Assembly: GCF_000143415.4 (NCBI RefSeq) | Contig: NW_003314320.1 | Span: 815,159-879,158 of the forward strand | From: Selaginella moellendorffii | Lineage: Eukaryota; Plantae; Lycopodiophyta | Direction: 5' to 3' | DNA length: 64,000 nucleotides | In this document: positions 1 through 13,616 of the stretch, one piece after another | How the letters are laid out: every line of letters starts with the position of its first letter | Position numbering within the stretch: position 1 is the first letter of the stretch | The notes under the pieces: model-generated | Seen by the model: the letters and a program-made list of their open reading frames with translations, nothing else | Databases searched by the model: none | What the model was told of the DNA's origin: nothing | Program-made: the position numbers and the translations under genes

Positions 1-1358
1 CTCAAAGGTACTACCTGTTATGCTAAGGCCATGCCCAATCACCTTTGCCACACTGGTAGTCCAATACCACTTGCATCACAGTCTTGGCTCTCCAAGACTA
101 GGCAATCCATCCGTGAGTGGTCATCTCAGATCCACTCCTTAGCATCCTTAGGATGCCCACCGACAAAGGGAATAGCCTTCCCCAATATCCCTCTATCAGT
201 CCCCACTAAGTCCCTTTCTGCCCCTGGCCGTGTTTGCCAACACTGCCACTAGATCGAGACCCACAGGCCTGACCACTAAGTCCCACGGTCCTTTGGGACT
301 TCCTCACCACACGACTGTGTCCTTGGTCACTACCCCAGAGGACTGCTCCTCTTCCTTTCCACAGTCTGGGCCTTTGGGACAACATTTCGGAACACCATGG
401 CCTTACGCAAGCCACCTGGGTACTCTCCTCGCCTTCTGCCCTTGGGTGCTCTAGCCATGGGCTTAGAGCGAGGTTCTATTGAGCCACGCCTGGTATCCAA
501 GTAGGTAGTGCCACCCACACTTGGACTAGGAGCATCGGCCAGTCGATCTCCCGGGGGAACTAGAGCCGACTCTTGAACACTTCACCAAGCTACCCCGCTT
601 GTCGGTCCGTGTTCACTCTAGTCTTGGACTTCTCAGTGGTCAGTTCATCACCCAACACTGGGTCTGGCCTTCCTGGGCCAAACTGGCCTTTCCTGGCCAA
701 ACTGGCTCCACTAGGCTCCAACCCCCACACTCTCCCTACTATACTTTTGGAACCCCCCGCAGCCCCCCCCCCCCCTTGGGGGACGATCGCTTTGGGCTTT
801 CACCCAACTGCCTGTATTAGTATTCGGACTCGGACTCGGGCTCGAACTCGGACTCGGACTCGGTCTCGGTCTCGGTCTCGGCCTCGGTCTCGGTCTCGGT
901 CTCGGTTCCATCTCGGACTCCATCTCAGACTCCATCTCGGGTCCATCTCGGACTCCATCTCGGGTCCATCTCGGACTCCATCTCGGGTCCCTCTCAGACT
1001 CCATCTCGGACTCCATCTCGGGTCCATCTCGGACTCCATCTCAGGTCCATCTCGGACTCCATCTCGGGTCCCTCTCGGACTCCATCTCGGACTCCATCTC
1101 GGGTCCATCTCGGACTCCATCTCGGACTCTTCCACGTGTCATGTGTTGGTCCTTTTGGGTCCCTTTTTGGAGCCTCGCTTATTGCTCACTTCATGCTCAT
1201 TCCTCGAGCACTTCGTTAGGAGTTCCACTCCCGCTCTCGACCTTTCAAGTTGGAGCTTTTGGCCCAAACGTGTTACACTCGTTTGGCTTTCGCTTCAGCC
1301 ACTATCACGTGGCACCCTTCCGGCCCCACTTTGGGGCCTAGGGATTTTGTGTCTCACA
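1..1358 (-). mobile_element. LTR of retrotransposon family A (partial, runs off the window start)
   Basis: Reverse-complement homologue of the LTRs at 49697-51362 and 55506-57200; ends ...GTGTCTCACA at 1358; inserted into a Cassandra-type LTR. Confidence 0.9.
825..1127. repeat. Hexamer-based compound tandem array inside LTR A (GGACTC/GGTCTC/CATCTC units)
   Basis: Directly visible; it generates the spurious RS/SD-rich ORFs in all frames. Confidence 0.9.
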
Positions 1359-1811
1359 GAATAGTACTGGGTTGGGTGACCTCCCGGGAAGTCCAAACTT
1401 AGGAGCTTACATTTGGTATCAAAGCGGTCTCGGGTCCGACTTTGTTGGTTGGCTAAAGGAATCACACCATATGTTGATTGACATCTGGCTGGTCTAGTTT
1501 TCTCCCACTGGGCTCGACCCGAGGGGTAGGGTGTCAAGAGAGCGAGGCTCTCGGGAGAGCTACGGCTCTCAACTTCCGTTCATGAGGGCATGAATTTGCA
1601 GGGAAGTGTGGTGGATTGTAAGCAACCAAAGGGAATGATTCGAGAGACGATCCATAAGGGTTCAAATATAGAGGGAAAGGGTCCATGAACAAGAGTGCAC
1701 CCCCTTTTCCAAACGGTTAAGGGTCTTGGGATATTTGGGGTTAAGTGTCCTTGAGTGTGAATAGTACTCGGCTGGGTGACTTCCCGGGAAGTCCAAACTT
1801 AGGAGCTTACA
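1359..1811 (+). mobile_element. Cassandra-type TRIM with 5S rRNA-derived LTR segment (5' LTR interrupted by LTR A)
   Basis: 5' LTR remnant 1359-1411; PBS TGGTATCAAAGC 1414-1425 (tRNA-iMet); purine tract before the 3' LTR 1617-1811 (TG...CA); LTR contains GTTAAGTGTCCTTGAGTGTGAATAGTACTCGGCTGGGTGACTTCCCGGGAAGTCC, resembling plant 5S rRNA box A/IE/C. Confidence 0.85.
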
Positions 1812-4140
1812 AGACGAGGTTCTATATTGATGCTATTTGGTTTGAACAATGCTTTAGTGATTTTTTAGCGGATGATGGACGAGGTTCTTTGCAATATGCC
1901 AAAGGTGATTACTGACTTCATTGATGATGTTTTGATCCATTTGGAGGGGACATAAGAGGAACACGTCCATGATGTTTGTATAGTGTTGGATTGGTTACGG
2001 GAAGTTGGTTTAAAGCTGAAGCAGTTGAAGTGCATGTTTAAATCTAAAGATATAACTTATCTTGGGTACCATATTTTTCATGAGGGTTTGCAAGTTGATC
2101 CTGATAAACTTGTGGTTGTTCTAAAGTTCCTTATTCTGAAGTGTATGAATGATGTACAACACTTCCTAGGCAAGGTGTAGTATCTTGATTGTTTTGTTGA
2201 TCATCTTTTTTATCACACTACACTATTGTGAGCATTGTTGAAGTCATCAATGTCATCTTTCATTTGGTCTGTAGACTGTGAGCAGGTGTTCATGGATCTT
2301 AAAGAGCTATTGACGACTTCTCAGGTTTTAGCATATTCTGACTACACTCAATTTTTCATTTTGCATGTGGATGCTTTTCATATTGGTTTTGGAAGTGTAT
2401 TGATGCAAGAGAGCCTGAGTGTGCCTAATTAGTGCCATCCCATTACATATATAAGCCATATATTACAACTAGCAGAGGCAAACTACTCCACAACAGAGAA
2501 GGAGTGTTTAGCACCAGTCTAGGATTTTGAGAAACTTCATGTATAACTATATGGTTTTTGGATGTTATTGGAAGGTGATCATGTTGCCATTACTTCATTA
2601 TTGAAGCGGAAGAACTTAGTTGGTTATATTGTTTGATAGGCTTTGAAGCTTTAGATATATAATTTTGATATTGTTCATTGCCCAAGGAGTTTTATGTCTA
2701 ATGTTGATGCCTTTTCTCGAGCTCCTCTTCCTTCTTCACTCTTTTCTCATATTTCTAATAAACCTATTGTTCAAGCATTTGTGGATTTTTTATACAAAGA
2801 TTCCATATTATTAATGGTTGTTGTATTTGATGTTCAGTATTCACAAGGTGTAGAGCAAGATCTACCTAGACCAAGAGCAAGGTGTTTAGTAACAGTTTGG
2901 GGTTTCAGAAAACCTCATGCATATCTACATAATTTTTAGACATTGTTAAAAAGTGATCATACTACAGTTACTTCATTATTGAAGTGGAAGAATTTGGTTA
3001 GTCGTTCTGCTTAGTGGGATTTGAAACTTCAGATATATAATTTTGATGTTGTTCATCACCCGGGGAGTTTTATAGCTAATGCTGATGCTCTTCTCGAGCT
3101 CCTCTTCCTTCTTCACTCTTTTCTTATATTTCTGATAAGCATGTTGTTCTAGCATTTGTGGATTTTTTATATAAGGATTCCATACTATCAGTGATTGTTG
3201 TACTTGATGTTCAGTGTCCATAAGGTGTAGAATAAGATTTACCTTCTCTTAATGAGGTTTATGAAGTTTAAAATATTGAGCTATAAATTCAAAGGCTTTG
3301 TAATGGTTTGTGATGACTTGCTATTTTGGCATTTACATTCACAATATTGCCTTGAAAATGGTCTTCTTTATTTTGTGGGGATGGATCTTAATGATTATTT
3401 ATGGTTGATAGTGCCTTTGATTTTTATTCCACGCTTTCTCCACACTTACTATGATTATTCTATTTTAGGCATACATATGGTTATGTGACCAAAAAGCTGC
3501 ATAGGTCTTTTTATTGATTGGAGATATGACATGATGTTATTCAGTATATGTGTAATTGGATTTGGTGCCAAATTTATAATACTCCCCTTTATGCAGTGGA
3601 AGGATGGTTAGAGTCAATTGTTGTTTCTAATCCATTTGAGTTGGTGGCATTTGATCTTATGGGACTTTTTCCACTATTGCCTACTAGCAATGAGTATGTC
3701 ATTATTGCTTATGACTACTTGACTTGCTAGGTGGAAGTCAGTGCTCTTGCCAGTGTGTCTACAATTCTATTGAATACTTCCTCCTTAATCGAGTGATGTT
3801 CCAGCATTCATGTCTAGAGTGGATTCTTTCAGATAATGGTCCCACATTTATGGTTGAAGCATTTCACATTTGGACTTCTCGATTGGGGATATGTCACACT
3901 TTCATGAGTGCTTATTATCCACAGTTAAACAGTTTAGTGGAATGGCTCGTTTGGACCTTCAAAGGGATTATTGTAAAGTATATGAACTTTTAGTATTTCG
4001 ATTAGGATGGTTATTTGCCGTTTCTTTGGTATGCATCTGTCACAAGGGTGTAGAGTTTTGTTAGTGCTTCACTATATAAACTCCTATATGGTCATGATCC
4101 AATACTACCAATAGAGTTGGGTGTACCTTCACAATTGCTT
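1812..4140 (+). pseudogene. Highly degenerate Ty3/gypsy pol (RT-RNaseH-integrase)
   Basis: Fragments with FIDDV, YLGYHI..GLQVDPDK, FILHVDA, LSDNGPTF, SAYYPQ; many stops. Confidence 0.85.
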
Positions 4141-6756
4141 GCAAGCTGCTGATGCTAAGTTATGGGATTAGTATTTGACGAACATTCTTCCACTTATTTG
4201 ACTAAAGCTTGCCAAACACCTAGGCCACATATAAATGGGACAACAACAACACTACAACTCCCTATAAGACACAAATCCTTATGCCTCAAAATGGAGCCGA
4301 AAAGGTGCCACATGGCTGTGGTCAAAGTGGAAATCAAAATGAGCGTAACATGTTTGGATTAAATATTCCGACGTGAAAAGTCAAGTGGGAGTAGAACTCC
4401 TAAAGAAGTGCTTGAGGAATGAGTACAAAACAATTAGTGAACAAGTCTCTAGAAAAGGACACAAGAGGGACCAACACATGGCAAGTTTTATGACACACAG
4501 GGAAGTGTTGGGATGGAGTTTAAGATGGAGTCTGAGAAGGGATCAAAGATAGAGTCTAAGATGGAATCCAAGAAGGAGTCCAAGAAGGAGTCTGAGATGG
4601 GGACTGAGATTGAGATCGAGACTGAGATCGAGACCGAGATTGTGTCCGAGTCCGGGTCTAAATTCGAGTTTGAGTCCAAATCCAAATCCGAGTCCGAGTC
4701 CAAGTCTGTCGCGAATGTGACTTTGGGTATCAAAACTTACCTGTCGGCCAGTCCTTACAGACACTCTTTCGTTACTGCCATGACGGCAGGAGGTCGGTAT
4801 TACTGGACCCTTTATTAATCCCTCTTGTGCTAGTGGAGTTAACTAGGCATTTCAAGTATACTTAGACCGGACGATCATAAGGACGAAATTCTTACATGCT
4901 ATTAGCTAAGCATACTTAGCCTGATATGGAGTTCCTATCTCGTTGTGTCTTGCATTGGCTAGTGACAAGAACCCTCATGTATTGAGATTAGTCCCTTAAT
5001 ATTGTTACATGATAGTTTACTATGTCTGCCAAAACACCCTCACTATCATGCCCCTTGTGTTAGTATCATTCCGGTCCCAAATGCTATTTATAGAAAGTGT
5101 CCAGATTTGCTCATTTGGCATATCTATAGAATGTAGAGATTGTCTTGAACACAATGGTGTTCATCCCATGTCCAAATTCGCAATCTAAAAACATTCTATA
5201 TTTAATAAGTTTCAAGCTTGATCCAAAGACTGACTCTTGATACTAAGGGAGGCTTAAGGTGAAAGCCCAAAGCGTGTGTTCTTCAAGGGGGGGGGGGCAA
5301 GGGGGTTCCAAATATATAGTAAGGATAGTGGGTAGGTTGGGTATGGCCAACCAACATGAGGTATAATTTAGCTCCCGCTTGTGTGCTTGTTCTTGTTTTG
5401 CATCTGGCTTAGGTCTAAACCTAAGTTCCATTCCATGTTAGCTACCTACACTTGGATTGGGAACATTAACCATTCAATCTCCTAGGGGAGATAAAGCCAC
5501 CTTTTGAATAATTCACCAAATTACCCCATTTGTCCATTTATGTTCGCTCTAGCTTTGTAGTGGTTATATCATCACCCACTATATGGGTATAGCCTTTTTT
5601 GATCATATTAGCCTTTCTTAGCCAAATTAGTTCCATTATAGTTGTCCTTTTACTATCCTTTTAGAGTTCACCAGACACCCTAGAATCTAGGAAATGATTG
5701 CTTTAGGCTTTCACCCTCAAACTGAGACTCAAACTTAGACTTTGTAGTGCCACGTGGTTTTTACCCTTTATCCTATGGTGATTTACTATAGGATAACACC
5801 ACGAAGTAGAACCTAAACCCTCCATATGCCATGTGTTAGATGCCATGTGTCACATGCCACGTGTTCATTGGACAGTGGACATTGGATAGGTTCAAGGCGT
5901 TGGGCCGTTGAATAAAGGAATGGTGCTAAACTCCCAAGCATGGAGCCAAGGAGTGACGGAACCGGATCACGGAGCAACTCCCTAACATACAGCCCAAGGA
6001 GCAAAGGGACAAAAGCACGAAATGACTTAGAACAGTCCTAAAGTATCCAGTGTCCTAATGCCATAATCAACATGCAAAAATGGAGCCAAACGGAGTTTAG
6101 CCCTATTTTGGCATACCAGTGGCCTAACACAAGGATGTGAGTACTCTAGTGTGGCTTATTGGAACAGCCACATGGCTAAGGCACTTAGAAGCAGAAGGTG
6201 GGGAGAGTACCCACAATGCTCGTGTTAGGCCGTGGTGTTTCGAAATGTTATCCCAAAATCCCGGACTGTGGAAAAAAAGAGGAGCAATTCTCTTGTGTAG
6301 TGATGAAGGATACAATTACATGGCAAGGAAGGCATAAAGGTCAATAAGACTTAGTGGTCAGGTCTTTGGGCCCTAACTCAGTGGTGGTGTTGGCAAGCAT
6401 AGCCTTGGATGGAAAGGGAATTAATGAAGACTAAAAAAGGGATATTGGGAAAGAGTGTTTTTTATGTCTCCTGGCATCCTAAGGATGCTAAAGTGTGGTT
6501 ATGGGATAACCACTTATGGACGGATGACCCAATCTTTGGGAGACGAGACTATAGTATAAGTGGTTTTAGGGTATGCACAAGACAAAGGTGAATAATTATA
6601 ATTTTAGTGTAACGGGCTAATATATCAATGGTACCTTTGGGTGTTTATTGTGGGATCAAATATATGGAGCATTTAGACTAAGTGCAAAAGTTGAGTGGTA
6701 TAGATGCCATTTACAGGGCTAATATATCCCTAAGTCAAAAAAACTTATAAAGGTTG

Positions 6757-7569
6757 TGTAGTGTATGTGATTATGGGATGAGATTTGAATATACTGTCAC
6801 CATGGATCCTTGGAACTTTAGGGGATAAATGGGGATAAAATAGCCACTAAGGGCTCTCTCATCAAACAATTGCTCCTTTTCCAATTGGCTTAAAGGGAAA
6901 GAGATAGAGTGCGTTACAGTTGGTATCGGAGCAAATGGCACGGGTTCGATTCCCATTGATTAGTGGCTACTTAAAAATATAATACACCCTTGAGCAAGGT
7001 ATATTCCTACCCCTAAATTTGAAATCGTACATATTAGACATCCATGCGTACGTCTTTCCTCTTGTGTGGAGTATTCATGGACGAAGGTATCCACCGTGGG
7101 ACTACGGTACGGGTGGATGACTAGTTGCTTCACATGGAATAACTGGTCTACACAATGGAAGGATTGGTAGATTGAGTGTAGGTATCCACCGTGAGACTAC
7201 GGTACGGGTGGATGACTAGTTGCCTCACATGGAATAATTGGTCTACACAATGGAAGGATTGGTAGATTGAGTGTAGGTATCCACCGTGGGACTACGGTAC
7301 GGGTGGATGACTAGTTGCCTCACATGGAATAATTGGTCTACACAATGGAAGGATTGGTAGATTGAGTGTGAAAATGGAGGTGTTGGTTCCCCTTGGCTTA
7401 GTAGGGGTTGTTAGTCAATAGTCAATGAGGATATTGACATCTCTAAAGGGATCATGGGATAAAATTTGGATATACTGTTACTATGGATGGGCTCTCTTAT
7501 CAAACAATTGCCCCTTTTCCAGTTGGTGCGCTACAAAACAATTGCCCCTTTTCCAGTTGGTGCGCTACA
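6757..7569 (+). mobile_element. TRIM-like non-autonomous LTR element with 5-bp TSD GGTTG
   Basis: TG...CA ends; GGTTG at 6752-6756 and 7570-7574; 5' LTR 6757-6918; PBS TGGTATCGGAGC 6921-6932; degenerate 3' LTR about 7450-7569. Confidence 0.75.
7086..7370. repeat. Three tandem 95-bp units inside the TRIM
   Basis: Units start at 7086, 7181 and 7276 and are near identical; each begins with a hairpin ATCCACCGT...ACGGGTGGAT. Confidence 0.95.
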
Positions 7570-8211
7570 GGTTGTGAGTGAGACTTCTTTAAATGGTTAA
7601 ATGGAAAATTTAGTTGTTTATAGTACTATTATCATCCATTTACCGAGTATAAAGTAAATGACTTAGTATTAGTCCATTTTCCCAATTTTATGGTACATAA
7701 TTTGTCTAAAGGGCTTCTTGCTCAGTAGAAAAGATTGTATTAGGTGTTGTGGCAACTTAGACTGCAAATTTATGAAACTTAGCATGACATCTAGTAGGCA
7801 AATCCTCTAGAAATTATACATGTGCAACAACTAAAACACTTAGAATCATGAACACCTAACACCACTTATAGATCCATCAATACCTCCTCGTGATTTTCCT
7901 ACAGATCTTAACCCATCCACAAAAGAACCTTAACAGTCTTCCATCATTCCAAGAGAAGGGGATGATATAAAGTCTAAGTTTACAGTTGTGATGTTGTATA
8001 TTAATATTAGCATAATGGGATTTTGATAGCTGGTGGATTGGTTTTAATCTGAACAATTTGCTTTTGTATATAAACTAGGGTTTTTGGGCTAATTAATATG
8101 CACCTTTTTGTATTCTATTTCCATATTTCATATATTTATATAACTAAATTTTAGTATTATTTTAATGTTATATTTTAACTCAAAAGATAAAATAACTAGT
8201 TACCGTTATCA

Positions 8212-8214
<3 letters not shown>

Positions 8215-8264
<50 letters not shown>
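8215..8264. repeat. (TA)n microsatellite
   Basis: About 25 TA units. Confidence 0.98.
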
Positions 8265-8269
<5 letters not shown>

Positions 8270-8797
8270 ATGTATTACTGCTCCCTATAAAAATATATGA
8301 ATAAGTTATTTCTGTATATATTTGATAATTGAGCTATCATGCTTGTTGAGGGTTTTCATGATATGGGTTGTTAAAGTTCTTTGATGTAATATTATTAGTG
8401 TAAATATGTAAAACAATATTATGAAACTTAAAATTATTTACACATAATATTGCAAAATATAATATACTTCGAATAAGCTAGGATTGAGATGGATAGTTAT
8501 ATTGTGTTTTATAGTTAAAAAATTTATTTTTGCAAATATTACATAACGAATGCATTTTAAGTAAGCTGTCAATTGTCCATGTACGTGTCAGAAATATTTA
8601 AACTTGCGTCTTAGGTACAGTGAGGGCGAGGCTACAATGGCGCCGACGCATCAGGAGCTCCGATCGATGCCCTGATCCGCGAGGTACTGTAGATGGAGCG
8701 ATTGCTTGAAACGTCCTAGCAGGAATTTGGGAACAGGAAATAGGGTTTACCAGTCGCTATGCTGCGCCGCATTTGATCCTTCTTGCTCAAAAAGATA

Positions 8798-10652
8798 ATG
8801 CCAGCAGGAGAAAGCAGCGTCGCCAAGCCTACCAAGCGCGTTCCCGAGTGGCTCAATAGTCCCGCTTGGTACACCAAGCCCAGCCATGGATTCACTCCTC
8901 CTCCGGTCGAGGATGTTGTGCAAGAGAAAGAAGCCGTCGCTACTACTCCTCCGGCAGCACAGGAGGAGATTGAAGAAGATGAGATAGTCGAAGAAAGCGC
9001 TACAAAGGACGAGCCTGGGTTTCAGGAAAATAACGATGTGAGTTCTTCGCGTTTCCAGGAGCGAGCATTTCGAAGGACGCTGTCTTTGGATGCTCGGGTG
9101 GGACTTTTCGTGGTGGAGGTAAGATTTTCTTTTGCTGTGCACGAATGTTTTCCTGACAATCCCGTGATCTTTTCTTTCCAGCTATCACGTACTAGAATTC
9201 ATCTGGCAGAACTTCAACGTCTTGCTTCTCAAGGTATTCCCGACGTTGGAGGAATTCGTGCGACTTCGTGGAAGGTATGACACACACAAGTTGGATGTAC
9301 ATTCTTTTTCTTATGGATTTTGACTTGCAGCTTCTTCTTGGATATCTGCCTAGGAGCCGCGATGGATGGGATGAAGAGGTCTCCAAAAAGCGTGCACAGT
9401 ATGAAGCTTTCAAGCACGAGTTTCTGATAAATCCGGTGAGTTCTGAAACGCTTTTTTTTTTTTTTTTTCTTTCCTGACGATGGGAATTGTTTGGACGCGT
9501 TTAGTCAGAGGTGACGAGAAGAACTGCGGGTGATCAAAGTGGTAGTTTGAGCAGCAATAAAGGATTTTTGCCGAGACACGATGTTTCTCATGGTGATCAT
9601 CCACTTAGCGTTGGAAGTACTAGCGTTTGGAACCAGTTTTTTAAGGTTTGTTTACTTCCTTTGCAATTCCAATCCAAATGGAATTTCCACTTCGCAGGAC
9701 ACGGAACTTTTCGAGCAGATTGATCGTGATGTTAAGCGAACTCATCCTGATATGCAGTTTTTCTGTGGTGATAACGAGCGCGCGCACGAAAACCAGGTTT
9801 GAGTGATTTTTTGTCTGTGGAAGTTTAGTGATGAGTGCAAGCAGGAAGCGTTAAAACGAGCGTTATTCATATTTGCGAAACTAAATCCTGGGATAAGATA
9901 TGTCCAAGGAATGAACGAAGTGATGGCTCCACTCTACTACGTTTTCAGGACGGATCCAGACGAATCAAATGCGGTAAGTCGTTTATTTCTGGAATTTTGT
10001 TGTTTTGTTCATACTTAAAAGCTGTTGATTTGTGGTAGTAAAGGTTCACGCGGAGCCAGATGCGTTTTTCTGCTTTGTAGACCTCCTTAGCGATTTCAGA
10101 GATCATTTCTGTCAGCAATTGGATAACAGTGCTGTGGGAATTCGATCAACCATTAGCCAGCTTACAAACCTCTTGAAGATGCACGACGAAGAGCTCTGGA
10201 GACATCTAGAGCAAGTTTCTAAGGTTCGAAAGCTGTCCTTCAAATGTTTCCTCTTTCTCTCTGTGTGTCTCAAGCTATTAGTGCGTGGTTTTCTCACAGG
10301 TGAATCCACAGTTCTACGCGTTCCGGTGGATAACTTTGTTACTCACTCAAGAGTTTGATTTTGCCGATACTCTCCGGCTTTGGGATTCTCTTCTCAGCAA
10401 TCCCGACGGGCCACTGGTAAGTGGTGCTCTCGATTTTTTTTTTCTTCCTCGCTTTCACCTTGTTTTAACGCCTCGCTCGTAAATCCTTTCCAGGAAATCT
10501 TGCTGAGAGTTTGCTGTGCGATGCTACTGTCCGTGAGGAATCGACTCCTCGCGGGCGATTTCACTTCCAACTTGAAGCTCTTGCAACACTTTCCTCGCGT
10601 GGACATCCACTTGTTACTTAAAGCTGCCGAGGAGCTCAAGTCCTCCCAATAA
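8798..10652 (+). CDS. TBC-domain Rab GTPase-activating protein (TBC1D13-like), multi-exon
   Basis: Exon ORFs with WKLLLGYLP, IDRDVKRTHPD (Arg finger), YVQGMNE (Gln finger), FYAFRWITLLLTQEF; GT-AG introns; stop TAA 10650-10652. Confidence 0.9.
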
Positions 10653-10939
10653 CTTCACTTCTATCCACCTATTCTTCTCGCTTGGATTATCTTCCATTCC
10701 ATTCCCTTGGGTATAATTTGTAGATACAATCTTCGATTTCGTGAACTATAATATTTGTATCTCATCAATGTTTCGATTACTGCGGAAGAATGGGAAATTT
10801 TCTTGTAGCTCCCAAAAGACGTGGCTAGCAACATCTCTATCCGTACCGCACGGCAAGGCCACTACTACGTGCCGTACAGTGATTTCATACGGATTTAGGG
10901 CGCCTTTGCCAATCTTCGTGTTCTTGGCGGCAACAGAAA

Positions 10940-13301
10940 ATGGCGGGCGATTCTTCGCTGGAGGTCGAAGAAATGCCTGTCGCTGCCACTGCCGCCGCCG
11001 CTCCTCCTCCTCCTCCTCCTCCTCCAAATCAAAATCCTCCATCCAGCGGCGCCGGTGGCAGCCCCTGCTTCGACATCTCTGAGTTCTTGGGGACGCCGGG
11101 CCGCAAGGATGGATCCTCCTCGGGCGGCGGCAGCAATGCCGGCGGCAACACCGACGAAGTCTTCTCCAATCTCTCAGGCTTGAATCTTTCCCCCTACATG
11201 CTGGCCCCGGCGATCCCGATCGCGTGTTGCAAGTCGGAGAGCGTGGATTCTCACCTCCACGACGCGGATTTCAGTGCCCTGCTGCTCTATCGGGCCCATA
11301 ATCCGCACCATCGGGCCGGATCCGTGGCTGGATCGGGAGGAGGAGGAGGAGGATTATCGACGGCTGGAGCACAGGGCAATGGCGGCAATTGCCGGAGTCA
11401 CAGCGGCAGCGGCGGTGGGGGCGGCGGCAGGGATTTTGGATTCGACGACATGGAGGCGCCATTCGGTCTCTTTGGATCTTGCTCGTCGATGGATCCATCC
11501 GACACCGCGGGAGCACTGGTAAATCATTCTATCGTTTCATCACCCTTCCCACCCGGAGAGGCTAGGTCGTGTTCTTCCTTCCCCATGTTTGGGCAGCATG
11601 GCTCTTTCTTGGCAGGCGATCACTGCTGTGGTGTTGGTGAGGACCTTCACGGGTCTTCCCTGGCCGCCGCCATGGGCGACGTTGTTGTGGGTGGTGGAGG
11701 ACACCACAACTCTTTCGCGGGCAGCAATGCTTGCGACCACTGGGGTGTGCTGTGCGATGGAGGCGCAGCACATCACCACAGTGTCCACCACCACCACTCC
11801 ACCACCTCTTCTAACACACCACCATCTTTGCAGCAGCACAGCACTTCTTTGCAGTGTGACTCCTGCCAAATTCTACGCTGCATCATCCATTCCAATGGTG
11901 CTTAGCTTCACACCTCTTTTGTCCATTGCTTCTCTGTCTGGTTTTACTTTTTGATCATCTTTCCTGTGCTTTGCAGTGCAGTGTTATTGCGTACTTGTTC
12001 TGTGTGTTCGTGTGTGTGTGTGTGTGTCATCAGGTGGCTGGCTGGCCTAGAGAGTTGAGGGTGGTCTCTTCAATTTTTTTCTCTCTGTGGTGGATGGAGT
12101 GAGTGCATATTTTGTGTGCTCAGCTCATATGGATCCATGTCCTTCCTCCGTTTTCTTTGTTGCCTCCCTCTTTCATACGAGACGCGCAGGTATTTAGCCG
12201 CGCAGAGCTCACAAAAGTGTTGCAGTGGCAGTAATTTTTTCTAACAAGGATTTTGGGCCCCAGGGGTTCAAGACACAAAGCTTGAGATTCATGGTTGTGA
12301 TAATATAAGCTACCATGCAGTGTTGCACACGAGGTTTTGTATCGACGATGGATTCCCAACGGCTTTGGAGCAACAGATGGTCGAGTAAGCCTCGGTGAAA
12401 CTGTCTAGTTGTCCTTCGCTTCTTTCTTTTCTAATTCTATTGCTTTCTCCATTTTTCCGAGCTTCTAAAGAATGGTGGCTTTTGATTGTTCCAGGTTTCC
12501 AGTGGGAAACGCCGAGTACGTGAGACAGTTTCTGCTTCAATATAGTCTTCTTCGTAGAAAGGAAGGGTTTGTTCTCCGGCACGACTCTTTGTCTGCTGGA
12601 GTTGATCAAGGATCAGGATTTAGTTTTGTCCCAGAACGTGGCTACAACGTATCTGGTGCATTTCTCTCCAAACAAATCGGTACGCTTTTCGCGAAACTTT
12701 ACGTTTCCAGTAGTAGTTAATGAAGTGCTTTAAACCAGGAGCCGACTTCTCGAGCAACGGCGCGTATTCCAAGCCTGGACAGGCTAAACTACTCCAGAGC
12801 GGCTCTACTGATGGCACCGACCAGGGAGAACCATCAGCGGCGCCTGCCAAGCCACCAAAGAGCAACGCTGCAGCCCAGGTTCTTTCCCTTGTAGTTTAGT
12901 TTAACTTCTCACACTCAGCGGTGGACTTTCGCTGGCACCAGAGAGAGCGAACAGGGAAGCTCAAAATGTCCGACTTGGCACAACACTTCCACCTGCCTAT
13001 CAATGCCGCGGCCAAAGAGCTGGGGATTTGCCCCACAGTCTTGAAAAAGATTTGCAGAAGGAATGGAATGAGGAGATGGCCACACCGCAAGGTGAGTGAC
13101 GTGATTACTTCCTCGCGGTGGCAGCATTGGTTTTAAAGGTCTCTTGTTGCGCAGATAAAGAGCATAGAGCGTATAATCGCGACTTTGGAGCAAACGATTG
13201 CGGAAGGCGCGGGGCAAGGCGACGAAGGCATCCGGATGGAGATTGCGATGTTGAGAAACGAGAGAGCGCAGCTGTGTGCGGGGCTCTTGGGGCAGAATTG
13301 A
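10940..13301 (+). CDS. RWP-RK domain transcription factor (RKD-type), multi-exon
   Basis: LAQHFHLPINAAAKELGICPTVLKKICRRNGMRRWPHRK|IKS across intron 13092-13154; CDSCQILRCIIHSNG...LEIHG motif; low-complexity first exon; internal exon boundaries approximate. Confidence 0.85.
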
Positions 13302-13616
13302 AAAGAGGTGGAGAGCGGGGGGAGAATTGCTGAGCACCTCCTCCTTCGCGTCAAGTGTATATATACTTTGGCTGCTGCGGCGATCGATGCTTGTTTGTTA
13401 CCATTCTTTGATTCATTCGTCATTGTACATTCGTGTTTTGTAAAAAGAAAGAGAGAATTTCTAGTGCTTTTAAAGCAAACCCAAATCACAGATTTTTATT
13501 TTTATTTTCATGGCAAAAAGAAGGGTTAAAAGGATGTCAAGGCACCTTTCTAATTTATGTATAAATATGGAGTTAATGCGCTAGGAAATTTCAAGCCCTA
13601 AAAAGCATGCAACAGG

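Larger units (their letters stand above)
4330..7622. mobile_element. Degenerate LTR A-related fragments in both orientations
   Basis: Diverged matches to LTR A (GAGTCC arrays 4515-4725, GTGAAAGCCCAAAGCG near 5260, a long segment 6150-6756 resuming at 7570). Confidence 0.65.

Noticed and set aside
1740-1794. 5S rRNA gene
   Set aside because: Only a diverged internal segment embedded in a TRIM LTR, not a full ~120-nt gene
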